A model generated the notes under the pieces. The model was not told the origin of the DNA. It worked only from the letters and a program-made list of their open reading frames with translations, and ran no database searches. The translations under genes and the position numbers were made by a program. From the NCBI GenBank assembly GCA_030704615.1, contig CM060732.1, positions 25,172,001-25,236,000 on the forward strand: 64,000 nucleotides of DNA, given 5' to 3'. Shown here piece after piece: positions 12,503 to 26,600 of the stretch (positions are counted from its first letter, which is position 1; each line of letters opens with the position of its first letter). Source of the DNA: Takakia lepidozioides (taxonomy: Eukaryota > Plantae > Bryophyta).

Positions 12503-15500
12503 CTAATGCCAGTCCTGGTCTGATTCAAGGTGTTCATGTTTCGGTGAAAGAGCGAATTGGCTTGGATTGTCATCATCCACTGGTTGGGATAAGTTGATCA
12601 ACCCCCCACGGTTGTCAACTTGTATCCTGCCCCTTATCTCCTCCCATCTTTGGTATCTGCAATGTACAAACTGAGAATTGAAAGTAAGCAGCTATTGCCA
12701 GGCAACCATTGAAAAAGTTAACTATCAGAACCTTTCCCCCATTGCAGATAACACAGGCTTGTCACTTTCTACCCCCATGTCAAACAAGTGCATAATTTCC
12801 AATACCCTGCTGGCATATGGAAATTCACCTAAAACTCCTTTGCTGGGTATTGTTAACATGTGAGCAACGCATTGAGTCCATCAATTCCACATTGAGCCAA
12901 CTCAGAATGGTTAGTTTGGCTATGTTATACTGAAAGAGAGTGGTTCACAGCCTGGGAAAGTTGACCAGAGATTGATGACACTCCATCCGTACCTATGCCA
13001 TAGAAACAAAACAAGGCCAAGCACAACATAGTGGAGACCAGTGGCCTCTCCATTCCTCAAGGAGCCAGTGGTCTCTTCATTCATGGCATATTCCTCTTTG
13101 ATGGAAACTCTGTCCTGCAATCGCAATTGCCATGTTTCTATAGTCATTCTATGCAAAGGGTCTCTCTGTGCAAGTGCAGTAGAGGAAGTCTAACATGCTT
13201 GGTGCCCATTGCCCCAAAACAGAGAATTAATAAAACTTGTTCGGCCCTAGCCAGTTTTTACAGTAGTTCTAAGACCAAAATTTCTATGCTGGCCATGCGG
13301 AAACATACCTCAAAGGACCAGCCCTTGTTTATGAGTTTGACCTGCAACAGCCATCAACTTGAGCAGGTTAGAACCACGCCAAAGTCTGTGGGGGACAGGT
13401 GAAACCCATAGGCAGTTGAAAACAGAATCATGTGAAACACCAGCATACCAGTACGGAGGCAATATCCTTGACCATGACTGCAACTATAAATGTCACTGCA
13501 CTGGTCTGCGCTACAAGCACCAGCTCCGCCACTGTCTGCGCACCCCACCCACAACTCCACAATCATGAACACAGCCAAAAAGAGAATGTACTCATGAGAC
13601 ATTGTTTGCCGTAGCCTTGTGGCCATAGACCCTGCTCCCAGTTCGGGTGAAACAAGAGTGATCAGACACTGCCTTTGTGAGGGGCCCACTCCAGTGGGAC
13701 TTACCTTGATATAAACAATTTGTTTGGGCTTTCCAGATTTCCTCTAGAAAGCCCTTCACACCAGCATCAATGTGCTGTGTGTGATCTGCCCTGCAATTAG
13801 GCCCCAACAGGGCCACAGAGGCTCAGCTCAGCTTAGTGAAATAGAGACACAGAGATCATGAATGAGATCTTTGACGATCCTGGCAAACATGCACTCCCTG
13901 TTAACACAGCAAGCATGAAGTTAGTTCTAGCACTACTACTGCAGCCCCATACACCAAATAACACAGATATGACCTCTGTTGCTGCAGAAAGAAATGAAAT
14001 GAGACTTTTATGACGTCCACAGAAAGCGCAAAGAAATGAAATGAAATGAAAGAAGGAAATGACCTGAAATGGTACTTTATGACATCTGCAGAAAGCTCAA
14101 AGAGCTTATGGGACAAGAGAAAGCAAGAAACAAGAGGGGGCCTTCCACAAGCAGCCCAAAAACAACTATTCAAGGGATTGTCTAAGTGTCACTGCCTCAG
14201 GCAGGCAAGCTGCTAAGAATTTCTGATCCTAGTAATGGAGAGAAACTTTATGACGTCCACAGGGGCCGAGAGTTCATGGGACAAAATAGAACAACAAGAA
14301 AAAAAGAGGGAGGAGTTTCAACCTAACCCAGCAGCTCTCTTCTGGAACAGAGAGTTTAACTTAAAGGATGTGTCTGCAGGCTTTACAGCATAGTTTGGTG
14401 ATAAGAGTGCTGGTGTGGGCAATGCATTGATAAGTTACACACGTACTTTCAATGTGGCTAAGGCACAGCCAACAGCTGTAACAAAGGTGGTCATTAGTAT
14501 ATTCTGTCGTGTCTCAAGATGACGATGCTCGCCAAGAGCTTGCCAAGACTCTGTGTAAAAGGAAATTACAATTGCAACGATCGCCATTACAGGCTTCAGC
14601 TCATGCATAGTGGAAAACGGGGTTGCCAATCCTGCCAGTTTATAATAGATAATCAGGCCTTTGTGCTACACCACCTCATAGTACTGCAATTCTTAGTAGA
14701 GGAAACTTTCCCATGCAATGGAGTTCTACCACCCATGTGCATACGTCATGTTGACCAGGGTGAATGTGTCGATACTTTTGATACAGATGGGCTTTTGAAA
14801 AGTGAACATTTCTCAGACACCCTTCCATCTTCTCAGTATCAAACAAAATTACGGAAGACTATTTTAGAATCCAACAAAGATATGACGAAATCATGGTCAA
14901 CAGTGGTCCATCACAAACTACCACCGTACATTCTCATCTTCTTGTCTAAAATGGATAAGCAAATGAAATGAAATGAAGTGGTATGAAATGGCAAAGAGAG
15001 CATACTCGGAGGTTGAGTTTCTCTCTGTCAGCCGTTAGGCAAAATATTGCAGAGACACAAAACAGCCACAGAAGATCAAAAGCAATACATAGAATTCCAA
15101 ATTTCACAGTGCATTCCATGGCAATATGTAGCTGAAATTTCAAGTTGAAGAAATTCACAGATTCTTAGAGCTGAATGTATGCAGCATACATCTAATAAGT
15201 TTTGACTGTACCAGCTGTAAATGTGAGATAATTTTATGAGAAATTTGCTGCAGTGCTAATCAACATTTGCTCATCAGAGACAGAATTGACAAAGAGTTTG
15301 AAGGGTGCAAACCTGCAGGAGGACCTGGGTACTGGTCCAACGGAATGCCGACACAAAGGCAGCCAACATGAGCAAACACAAGTCTATCACCTTAAGATTG
15401 TGGTCCAATGCCTTTCCAACTGCAGCCCTAGGCATCATGGATGTGTCAGCTTTGTCAAGCACCTCCAACCCCTACATTTTCCACTAAAGTTTCCATTTTC

Positions 15501-18075
15501 CATTTTCCATTTTCCATGCCTCCTTCTATTCATCAACCTGTGATTCGTTTTGTCTCATATCATTGCACCATAGCCTGTGATCTACCTGTGAGGCCGTCCA
15601 TGCACTGTAAGAAAATTGTCACTCACTACCATCTGATCCCCTTGTCAATATTGATGCCTAGGTTTAAGCAGAGTACCACCTGTCAAAAGAGTGCCCGTTG
15701 TAAGGGACAAAATACTTGCTGTCAACTTGAAACTCGGAACTTCCAAGCTGTTTGCAAACGTTCATAGGCAGTTGTCAATATCAGACTGTATCCATATGGC
15801 TTCATTATGGACTTTGTACAAACCCATCTAAAACACCCCAATGATTCCAGTGTCAGCAGTGAAGGAATAATGAAGCGTCTTGCTTGCTTATGTGTCTTAG
15901 ACATTGCCAATTTGTGCTTTCAAGAGGTGCTCCTAGAATGCATTCCTTTCCACATGGAGGTAGTCTGCAGGCTACAGAGACTCACTGGAAGGCATAGGTC
16001 AGAAGGAGGACGAACAGCGGTGCAGCTGACTTGCACTGCAAAACGGAAGACATTACAAAGTTAAACATTTCAGAGGGTGAGTGCATATGTTTTCAGAGCT
16101 CAAACCCACACTGGCATTCTGCACACTGTTGGAGAAAGAAAAGAAGAAAACATCCATCACACATAGGCGAGGATCCAGTAGAAAGAACAGACAACTACAA
16201 AACTACGAGAATGTTTTTACAAAAAGCATGACAAAAACTCCAAACTTTGCAGACAGTCCCTAACTGAGACAGTAGAAAAGCAGGACTCTATTAGTGAAAC
16301 ACTGCCGCTCAGGCTAAATCTTACCATAATCTTGAAATCTTCAGGGATTGATTTATGAGGTAAGCCAATGTTGATGTCCACCGCCGTTGCAACTGCGGTA
16401 GGAACCACTGTTGACAAAAAACAGGGAGTTCATCACCCTTCCAATCCAAGCCACAAAAATATAATTTTCAACCCTGTTGTTACAGAACCATGAATTGAAG
16501 CATATAATCAATTGTATACCTCTGCACACTGACCCAGACATCATCACCACAAGACCTAACAGAAAATGCAAGGCTGAAGGTTTGGTTAGTGTACCCTTCA
16601 TGAAGTAAGATTTCCATGAGATTCCGGCAAGGGCAGGTCGTTGTCCCCAGTTCTGGCCAAATAGCACAGAAGCCAGTGCTTGCAGGCCAAAGTACAATGC
16701 CTGCAGCAAGCGGGGTGCAGGAAAATAGGTCATCTTTTCTCCAGTTGATGACTGTTTGTATCTGCAAGGAGGCCACAAGAACTTTTAGATTGGACTCCAT
16801 CAATCTACACATCTGAATTAAAAAGCATCTATCTTTTCCCTTTCTGTACTGCCTTCTTTGATGGGAGGGGTCATACAATCACTTGGGGCAAGCAGCTCGA
16901 GTTTATGTGGGCCCTTATCAACCAGACATCTGGACACGAATTTTGTATGCCAGTTAGTCCACAGGCAGATTTCTTTCTTAAGGTCCATAAGCAAAACAGT
17001 TCCTCAAATTCATGGAGGTCTTGTTTTTGAACTTTGTGGGACAAGGATGGAACTCCCTTATGGAGAAAGGGGTCAGAGGGCTTACAGTTCATAGCCGCTG
17101 GAGGAAATGTACCAAAAAACTACATAGAGAAAGCTCTTTCCCATGGTTTCTGTGGTAGAATAAGGCTTGAACGCCGGTGGGGGAGTTCTCTCGCCCTTTT
17201 CTGGGCCATTCAGAAACCCTGGATCTGGAAGCTCCTCTGGGAAGAAAATTCCAACGCCTGTTAGTGAGAATAAAATATACCAGGGACGTATACATATGGG
17301 CCTGCCCCTCCCCTTTGGACGAACCTCTATATTTGGCTGTTTGTGTATAATGATTCCCCTGCACTCATTGGAGCTGAATTCCACAACCTCTCTACCCACA
17401 TCATTTTCAGGTTAAAATAGCGCAGAAGCGCAGTTCCCTTTCAAGCGGAAAGATTGGATTTCCAAATTTCGATACATACCAATAAGCTCGAACTTTCATA
17501 CCTGAATTTGCAATGGGATGTTCTTGCAGTTCGCTATCACTGGCATACGCACCAGATTCGTTCCCTGACTCCTCAACCAGAGAGATTTCAGGAGCGGGTT
17601 GTGGTAGCTGAAGCGGTCCAGCTAAGTTTGAGCAGCTGCATTCAGACATCTGGCCTCTTCCGGAAACGTTCATAAACCTTCGCTCCTCACAGTGCAAACA
17701 TATCTCCGTCACAAATTGTTCTTCTCCTTGCTTTGTGTCAGCCCCTTTTGCCAAAGAGCTCGATGCAACAGGGTTATCGGCCATGTTACAGTCCAAATAC
17801 ACCTCCTGCTGGTCCGTATTATCATCATCACCAGGCAACACAGTGGCAATTGAACTGTCGGTTCCACATGTTAGAAAGTTTAATGGGCATTTGAATCGAT
17901 AGGGGGCTCTCGTGTCTTGCTTTGTGCAATTTGCAGGACCGCAACTGACCGTTCTCCGCCTGTTTGTATAGATCATCAACATTACTGTGGAAACAGCAAA
18001 AGCGGCGAGAATACCCAGATGCCGATAAGGAGCACTCAGCGGACTCCCCAGCGTCAGCAATGGCGGAATCTTCAT
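12503..18075 (-). CDS. Highly diverged sugar-phosphate/phosphate translocator (TPT/EamA) paralog, ~12 exons, with an extra N-terminal signal-anchor exon
   Basis: Exons reconstructed by eye match those of the 36-41 kb gene in order and phase: 18075-17502, 17257-17086 (KSFLYVVFWY), 16761-16595 (YFPAP), 16407-16325 (VVPTAVATAVDI), 16035-15986 (CKSAAPLFVLLL), ~15747-15680 (LEVPSFK), ~15419-15313 (SAFRWTSTQVLLQ), probable micro-exon ~14925-14937, ~14631-14446, 13535-13449 (QTSAVTFIVA), ~13114-12993, last exon ending TAG at 12503. Confidence 0.8.
13990..14300 (-). repeat. Dispersed short repeat ending in (ATTTC)n, possibly a SINE/LINE 3' tail; several copies
   Basis: Consensus like ctttgagctttc...gacgtcataaagtaccatttcatttc occurs 3 times here on the minus strand and again at ~18205-18255 on the plus strand. 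Confidence 0.55.
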
Positions 18076-18666
18076 TTTTGTCTCCCTCTTCACCTCTCTT
18101 TATGGACTCCGAGAGATGGAGTGTGCCTGATGTGTATATTCTTCAAAGGAGGCAGTATCCGAAGGGGAGGAAGCTGATTTCGGCCAGAGTCTTCTCTCTC
18201 TTTCTCTTTGAGCTTCCCCCGTACGTTATAAAGTACCATTTCATTTCATTTCTCTGTGTATTCTTCAGGCTTGTAGACGACGAAAAGAGACTCAGGCTTG
18301 CGGTCTGCTTGTAGTGCTATTTCATCGGACGATAATTGCATTCAGAAAACCGCGAGGTTATTCTATCTACGCTAATCTAAGGGCACTCATCAGCAGACGC
18401 TTACCCCCAACCCGTCATGACCTGTCCGTCCATAAGTAAGCTCAAAGCTGGTAAAGCAACTACGAGAAGTTGCGAGCTTCTCTGTGCAATGTCATAGCTA
18501 AAGCGCTTGGTTTGAAGTTGGAACATGCCTTGGGTGCCCTTACTTGTGGCTTTGGAAAGCAGTAATGTGATCAATTCAAAGGATAGTGCTTTGCTCAAAA
18601 TGGTTCCATGAATACCCGCTTCAGTCTGCAGCTCCTGCTCTTATCAACACAGTCCTCTTCCCACAG

Positions 18667-21600
18667 GATTGACTACACCGGCTACCCAGAGGCTTCCGAA
18701 GAAACTACGAGACTTATTAGAGCCACCACAGGATGAAAATATATCCGGATCGTAACCATAATAGAGATGAAGCTACCCACCAGATGGTACGATGAAGACA
18801 ATTTCCAGGCAGCAAATTAGGGAGGAAAGGGCACTGACGCAAATGGCCTAGCAAAGATTAGAATCGCTATGCCTGAAAGAGGCAAATCGCCTCTTTCGAT
18901 TCCTGTGTGATCTTCGATTCTGTTCCAGAGTACTGACGATCCTGACTTAATACTTGTTATATAGCCGTCTCACACGACTCTCTATATCCTTCAAAACACC
19001 TTCTTGTCCTCCATCCAATCGGATACAAACTCTCCATGGAGGTTAGGGAAGGTCCAATAAGGAATTCCTCTGTCTTGTCCCAGTCCCTGCGTTTTCATGA
19101 CTTCACCATAATTTTCCCGGCATCTCTCATACAAGAACTAACAATCCAGCAGGAAGCATGCAGCGCTTAGCGGAGCTGTCGGTTTGATGGGTGCCTTTCC
19201 GCCATAGCCAACAGTCATGTTCACCTGAACGGGAACCAGTATTCCGTTAGGTCACATGAGCGAATTATACTCCTTGAACAGACGGGTAGAAGCGACGCAT
19301 GAGAAAAACAACATACTTACCTTTTCAAGTGTGGCCTCCCAACGGCCACTTTGTCCTCTTCTCTTTGCTGTGTGCCCTTGCTCTCTCCGCATGTGTCCTT
19401 CTCCATGTGCCATGGGGAGCCCCTTGCCATCTCGACTCTCTCTCATGCTGCACGGGTGATTCTATCCCCTTTTTCCTCACTTTCTGGGTCATCATCTTCC
19501 TGGCTGGCCGAAATCACCTGGTTTGTGATTTTATTGGAGCTATTTTGCAGGTTGTCATCCCCTTGGACCCTCATCGTTCCCTCATATTGAAAAGTTGCTC
19601 GTCATTCCTGCCAACCAAAAACCCACTCGCGAACAATTCATCTGCCAAAGTACAGATTTACAGTGAAGGGAAATTGGGGTTCCAGACATACTGAACCGGG
19701 TGGATTGGATAACGAAGGGGGAGTCGAGAAGGCTCGTGTTAGAAAGAGCTGCGGGGTACGTCAATCCTAGGTGTGGCACCGCGATGTTTACAACTTGTGA
19801 CACACTTCCGTGTCTCTAGCCATGGGTAACTCCCACTCTAGCCCCAAGTAAATGGGATGGGAACGAAGGGGATGTTATGGGAAACCATGATTATAGGATG
19901 CAAGAGGGGGGTGGGGAGAAAGAGAGAGAGAGAGAGAGAGAGAACGGGCAGGGGCGGGCTGTGGCAGCTAGGTGTAACAAGCCATCTGATTAGAATGAAG
20001 TCCTACCGAGTGCCTTAAGAGACTGATTTTAGACTGATAGTGATGCTAATGTTCAGACTGTCTTGGTGAAATATGCTGGTGATGATTGAAGCATGTTTGC
20101 ATGCTCTCTGGCTCCCGGCTGCATGCTGTGGCCCTTTCTGGCTGCTTCATTTGGTAGGTGTGGTGTTCACTTGGGCTGGTTTGCCCCGTTCTTTGGCTGG
20201 GCCTTCCTGCTTATGGGTTTCTGGCGGCCCATCACCAACTTTGGGGTGTTCAGCCTCATGGCATTGAAAGGATTCTGAGAAATCTTCCCCATCCTTTCAC
20301 AAAGTTTGCATTGGGTTCCATGATTCCTTTCTCTTAAAGAAATAACTGGATACCCCAGGACTCAGCCACAATCGACGCATGGAGCTGCCCAGGGCTAAAT
20401 TATATCGGAGCTACTCTAACTATCCCTAATTTAGATCTTCCAATGCATGTGAAGAGATGCATGACAAAGGTGAGGAGCGACACCTTACAACCTTGCTGAG
20501 TTGATCTAATGCTTGGCAAACTTGTTCTGTTTGTTCTTTGCTGGGGCAGCGCTTTTTTATCCAACAAAGGATCAGTCTTGGAGATGGCAGACTTCAAATT
20601 CAGAATACGGGAAGTTCTATGTCTCAGTGCACAGAGAGGTGAGGCAAACACCCATTAAACTGTAATAGGGACTGGGATTTTCACAGTCTGGGATCAAAAC
20701 AATTTGACTTTTTTTTCTGATGAGCCCCCGCCTCAACTAAAAGAGAATCAAAATTCCATTCACTGGCATAATATAGGGTATACGGAGGAATGTGAGTACA
20801 GCGACTCAGAGTATGTCAGAGTGACCATATTCTCGTAAAGAAGCCACCTATAGTTATTTCTAATTATCCAACCCCATCTTTTGTGAGTGTGACGCAAATG
20901 TCAGGATGTGGATGTATGACAAAATTTATGCTTGAAGGTTCTCTCTGTTATAGTCGTTTAGTTATAGTCTGCCAACTTAGCGAAGTTGACTCTTAGTGAA
21001 AAAAAAGTTGACACAGAGACAAATATTAGTTGTTTTTGGTCTACTTGTAGAGGGCCATGTCTCTTCTTGTTTCATGCTCTCTTGGCCCATAGAACTGTCT
21101 GCGGATGTTATAAAGCAAGAGTTCATTTCATTTTTCTCATAACCGTGATGTGGCGACCCACAAAATGTGTATCATCAGATTGTAAAACACCACGAGGTTC
21201 ATAAAGAGTGCACCAAAAAGTGCGACCAATTGGTCAGAGAAATAAAAAATTACCAGGCCCAACTACAGATGATGAACTTGGGTTGCCTCAATCCCTACAT
21301 GAAGTCTGGTAAGTCCCCCTCTTCTCTTTCACCTGTTTGTAACGTGTAGAACTCTAGGACTCACTTTCAAGTTGACCATGTGACTCGCCTGGGATGCATT
21401 TCAAATGTACTGTCTCTCTCACAATGCTAATCAGCAAATGTACCTCATGTGGACAACTCTTTCTACCTTGAAGGTGCATGCTCTCCTAGCGTTCGAGCGC
21501 CATATGGGCCAGGCTCACCTCGCCTGGGTAACTGCCAATGTCCAAACAGACCTCCTCCTCCTTGCACAGATCCATTCAGGACGGTCTCAGAGATTGAGTT

Positions 21601-21730
21601 CAATGGCGGTAGACGTCACGAACCACAATTTCTCGAGGACCACATCAGGAGCCGACATCCTCGGCTTGTGAAGCGACTGCAACCAAAGCTTCCATTACCC
21701 CCGCTTAATAGAGGTTCTTCCAACAAGTAG
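18667..21730 (+). CDS. Putative multi-exon gene of unknown function, head-to-head with the diverged translocator
   Basis: Exon-like segments with splice signals near 18667, 19630-19755, 21180-21308 (donor gtaagt) and 21437-21730 (terminal, Pro/Arg-rich). No recognisable domain. Confidence 0.35.
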
Positions 21731-22562
21731 GAGCCTTTCTTCATCAACTATCCCTTCTCTTTTGGTCTCCCTCTCATCATCGTCTTCCTTTCTTCTCTCT
21801 CAATTGAGAACTTTGTTGGGTTTAAGCCTAAGTCTACTTTACAATCAAACAATTAGTACTTTCGTACGGGTTAGGAAATTGTGTCGACATATATTTTCTT
21901 CCATGTTTGTGTTGAATGATGGGTGGCAACACTCTATTTTACTTTTCTTTTTTTAAAAGAAGTTGTCAAAGAATGGGAACGGAGCCAGTTACTAGCCAGG
22001 AACGAATAACCTCAAAGTGCCATGAAGGCTTGACAAGCGACGAGGCAACAGCCCAAACACTGTACTTATTTGTGTTAAATGACATTATTGAGTTTTTCAT
22101 ACATGTAATATTACTAATAAAGTTGCAGTATTCACACTTTGAGATTGACTGCTTTAAGGTTCTGCACTAGGGAACAGAATTGTGTTGCTTTTGAACCAAT
22201 TTGTAGACTCACAGAATATTCTAAGCATCTAAACGAAGGCGACTGACTGGAGGAGCAAATCGCTCTTTCAATGAAGTTGTAAAGCCATCCTGACTTGGGG
22301 CCCACTTTGGACCTGTAATTTGTGTTTCATCCCTGCAAGTTTGAGTGCAAACGTAAAGTGAGTCAAACGAAACTAGGTATGAGTTTGCAAAACTGGGTGG
22401 GAGTCCTGCTACTCTCCTCTCGCAGCAACTGTCCATTCTTGTCACTATCGTCGCAGCGCTGCACAGGCAAAACCCAAACTGTGTATGAAACTAGTTTGAC
22501 TCCAAGTTTTGGTGAAGAAACGAGTTTCATCCTGTGTTTTTCCTCTTTGTATGACTTTGAGA

Positions 22563-22641
22563 GAACCAAGTTGTAGCAGAGTGGTCAAGGGCACATACCA
22601 CCTTGGAAGTGGTTGTGGGTTCAATCCACTGATTGGTGCCA
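22563..22641 (+). mobile_element. tRNA-derived sequence (SINE head or tRNA pseudogene)
   Basis: A-box-like TAGCAGAGTGGT, B-box-like GGTTCAATCC in a GTGG/CCAC stem, partial acceptor stem gaaccaa/ttggtgc, ends in CCA. Spacing is non-canonical, so it is not a functional tRNA. Confidence 0.55.
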
Positions 22642-23605
22642 CAAAGGTGTCCACCTTCCTAGCAGAAGGCAGTAACCCTTCGGTGTCAATGAAACACCAT
22701 AATTTACATTTCCTTGGGGGGGAGGTGTCATACAAAATATATATACATATATATGTATATATGACTTTGATCCCCAGTTTTGGAACTGGGTTTCACATTG
22801 AGAAAAAGCCACACCTATAGGGTAACATGTTCATCAAGTATAGGGGCTACTTGTTCTTTAGGCGCACACTAGAAAAGGCCCGGGAGTTTAATGCGAGCCC
22901 TTCGGTCCTGCCTGCGTGGCACCCCCCTCGCCCCCCACAGCCCACCCCCCTCCGGCTCCCGCGCGGCTCGCGGTCGCCGCGGCCCGCCCCCGCTCTGCCG
23001 CCCCTCCCCTCGCCCCCGCCCACCCCGCCGCCCCCATGCATCACATGAGTCGCATGATCCATGTGTTGCAACCATCCCATGATGACGGACGGCCTCCCAT
23101 AACATGATGTGACACATAGCCATTGCAGGCCGTAGGTGATCCCAATCATCATGCTCGCATGTTTTTCGCGTCCTGTCCGCACGCACATGGCGTCGCTGAC
23201 GCTTCGATGCGGCCCCTCGCCTTTCACCACCCACGTCAATTCTTGAGTGTTGAGATTCATGGCAGCCTCAGGACATCTTCTCCAAGCTCAATGGCATCTG
23301 ATGGGGCCGGATTATATGATCCCGGTGGAAGCGGTATTGCAGGCACTCTCTTGCATATGAATTGGCTTGCATGTGTTACAAACTGTTCAATGAGCTCTGG
23401 CAGTGAGCGATTACTCATTGGAGGTCACTTTAGGGTTACTTCTTTTGTAGTTTTGTAGTCATTCAGTTCATTTGCAGCTATTCTCTTGCCCTTGCTTGCC
23501 TTTTTTTTGTCATGAGCAGAAATGGAGTCGTTTAGAGTTCGTGTGCATACAGTCCTGTTTTAGTGTCAGTTGTTGCTTTCACATCCCAGCAACCTCCGAG
23601 TGTAG

Positions 23606-26600
23606 TTGGTCGATTCACAGAAACGAGTTGTAGGAGGATTTGCAGTGAAGGCCGAGATGGTGAAACAATCCAACATTCGCGAAGCGTGCAAAACGTACCA
23701 TGTGGTGTACTCGAGCGAGTGGGAATCGCTGATATGCGAGGCTCACTCTGAGGCAAGGCTTGATGAGCCTGGTGATGATAATAGGAAGCCATTTAGATGT
23801 ATTCATTGTCGTAAAGTTCTTAAAGATAAGAAGAAAGTTAACATTCACAAGATAAATGGCTGTGATGCAGCTGCGGGAAAGGGTGGTCATAAACTGATAA
23901 TATACCCTGTGTTTGAGCCGGGGCAGAGGCACATCATGGAGGGTGTTCTTTGTAAGCATGGGCTGAAGCGTCCTGAAAAAGGGATGAGGACGAGGGTAGA
24001 GGGTGACGACAGTATTATGGAGGAGGCTACACGAGATGTTAAGCGCAAGAAGCAGTTGAGTCTACGGAAGGAGCCAGGGAATGATTCTGAGGATGACGAT
24101 ATCTCCATCTTGGACACACCTCCTCTTGTGCCACAGGTAACTGTTACCACTCAACGCATTGGCAACTCTACTTTGGACGGACCTCATGTTGTGCCACAGG
24201 TACCTGTTACCACTCAACGCGTTGGCAACTCTACTTTGAACGGACCTGCTGCTGTGCCACATGACACCGTGAAAGCTCAACGCATTGTGAAGACTACATT
24301 GGACGGACCTGCTACTATGCCACAGGAAAGTCGCCGACCTGAAGACCACATTGTGAAGGAGGTACCTGTTGCATCTTTTAAGTAGAGAAGAGGCCATAGA
24401 TGGCTTTGTCAAGGCGTCCTTGCTGCTGACCTCAGATATTGTTGTGACTCCGAAACCCGCACCTGTTCTATGCCCAAGACTCACCTATCTAATGAAGTAC
24501 GGCTTGCTGCCCGAGGGATTCCCTTCTCTGGATGATGCTTCTTTCCCGGACCGCCTTGTGCACTTATTGAGAAATTCGAGTTTTCAAACCAAATGATAGG
24601 CACTGCCTTTGGTCAATGGTGGCTTAAGGCACGGGTACGTACACCTTCTTTCTGGCCTGCACCTTCTTTTACATGTTCCCTTCCTTCATGATGCGTGTCT
24701 CTACAATTTGTTTGAAGTTCCGAGCTGTAGTAAGTTTACTATGACTGCTGAAATGAACCTTGCATCTCCAATGGGGGGGGAGCAGATCCATGCATCTCCA
24801 GAGGAGAAGGCAGTTGTTGAAAAAGTGGTGGAGCTATTTGGGTCCATCCTAGAGTATGTCGTGAGCATATTGCTCAGTTGAATGAATGCCAACGTGTGTT
24901 TGCACATCACAACTATACCAAGGCATTGCTGGATTGTGAACTTAAATTGGTTGCAGCTCACTCTCAGTTGGAGGCTCGTAGAACCTGGCTGTTCGTGGAT
25001 GAGAACGTTGCAAAATGGGATAGAGAGCAATCTGACGTCAAACAGGAGGGAATATGGGGCTGGTCCCCTCTATACCAAATTATTACAGAAGGTGAGATCC
25101 CTGAGGTGTTGCCCATTATGTTCACACATGATGAGGACGAAGCCGAGAGGTTGATGGTCAATCTGGTCTTGGCTCGGAAAAATGCTCCACCTCCAAAGGT
25201 GCCGCTGTTCATACGGGTATTGTATCAGATTTGGATGTGTCAAGTTCACAAGAGATCACCTCTTTCCATTCCCCGAAACCAGGTTTTGGAAAGCCTGCAA
25301 CACCATCTTCTGAACACGCAGGATGGTCATGGTGCCCTCAGAAATGCCAGTGACAACTTCCTCAAGGTTGGATACTTTCTGTACGGTGCCATGCCCCCAT
25401 ATGAGGAAGCCCGAACTGTGGTGCAGGAAGCGGTTGCAGCCCTTGTGGGTTTGAGCAGTGAGGACTGCGATCGGGTTTCATGAATTGGAAGAGTTTATGC
25501 GTGAGGTCCGCCACAGAGCTGTGCGTGACCTCGCTATACTTAATCCGAGTGCCTTCAAGATGTTGTGGTGTGGGAATGCAGCAAGTGAGGGTGCAGGGGC
25601 CAAGAAAAAATCCGTGCAGGACTTCATTCATATTCTGGGACATCGGGAGGAAGTCGACATGGGATGGCTTCCTTGCCCACCAGGTCTGTATTGGCCTTAC
25701 ATTTTTCTGCAATATGCATATTAGATTGTCCTACTTAGTAACAATGTTATTGTGCTCATTTTCACCTGTTTACAAATGTCATTATAACATATACTGAATG
25801 CGTTCATACTTCTGCAGGTTCTTTTGATTACGGGGAATCCAGCATACATGAGAAAATTGATGCAGCCCGGCAAAGCCTGCATGATGTCCATATTGAGAGG
25901 CATGCAAGGGATGAGGCGCGTTTCTCCAAACCTTCACATGAAGAGCGAAATTTGGGTATCCTCGAACGTCAGTCACAAGACGCACGAGGTCCACCTCCCA
26001 ACAATACGAACATGGGGGCACTCATCCTCGCTGCTGATATGGCATGCTCAGGCATCCTTTCTGAAGACAGGTCAATTATGCTGGTGGAACATGTGTTGCA
26101 GGATCCTCTCCTCCCTCAGCCCGAAGACAACGCTAATCCTGAACAACCGTTGTGACGACATACACTGCCCAGAACCAGGTCCCATGACTCAACTTGAAAT
26201 GCAACTAAACGTCAGTTAGGTATTTCCTAACTTGTCTGGACCACCTCCTCCTGTGGCGTCTTTTAGTTCGAACAAACCCTCTTTCACATGAGTGACTTCA
26301 ACAGTCCTCCACCCCTTAGTATGCGATATCCGACTGATGAAGATGTCATCGTACATGCAGTAAGCAATGTCGGATCTTCCGTAACCCCAGCTAATTCACT
26401 GGTTAACCATGGGACAAAGCCTCCCACCCCCAATGCGATGGTTTTGGCAGTGCCTTCACCCTTGCGTCCTTACCGGCTCCTATTTGCTGGTGCTCATACT
26501 CCTCACAATACAGAGGCTACTACACGATTTCATGGTGATGTAGATGGCAGCGTGCGGGCATTCGATAAAAACGCAATCACCGTCACCGTTGCCAAACCCA

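Noticed and set aside
19796-19979. Possible solo LTR (TGTGACAC...GTGTAACA) containing a GA repeat
   Set aside because: No target-site duplication and no second copy in the window.
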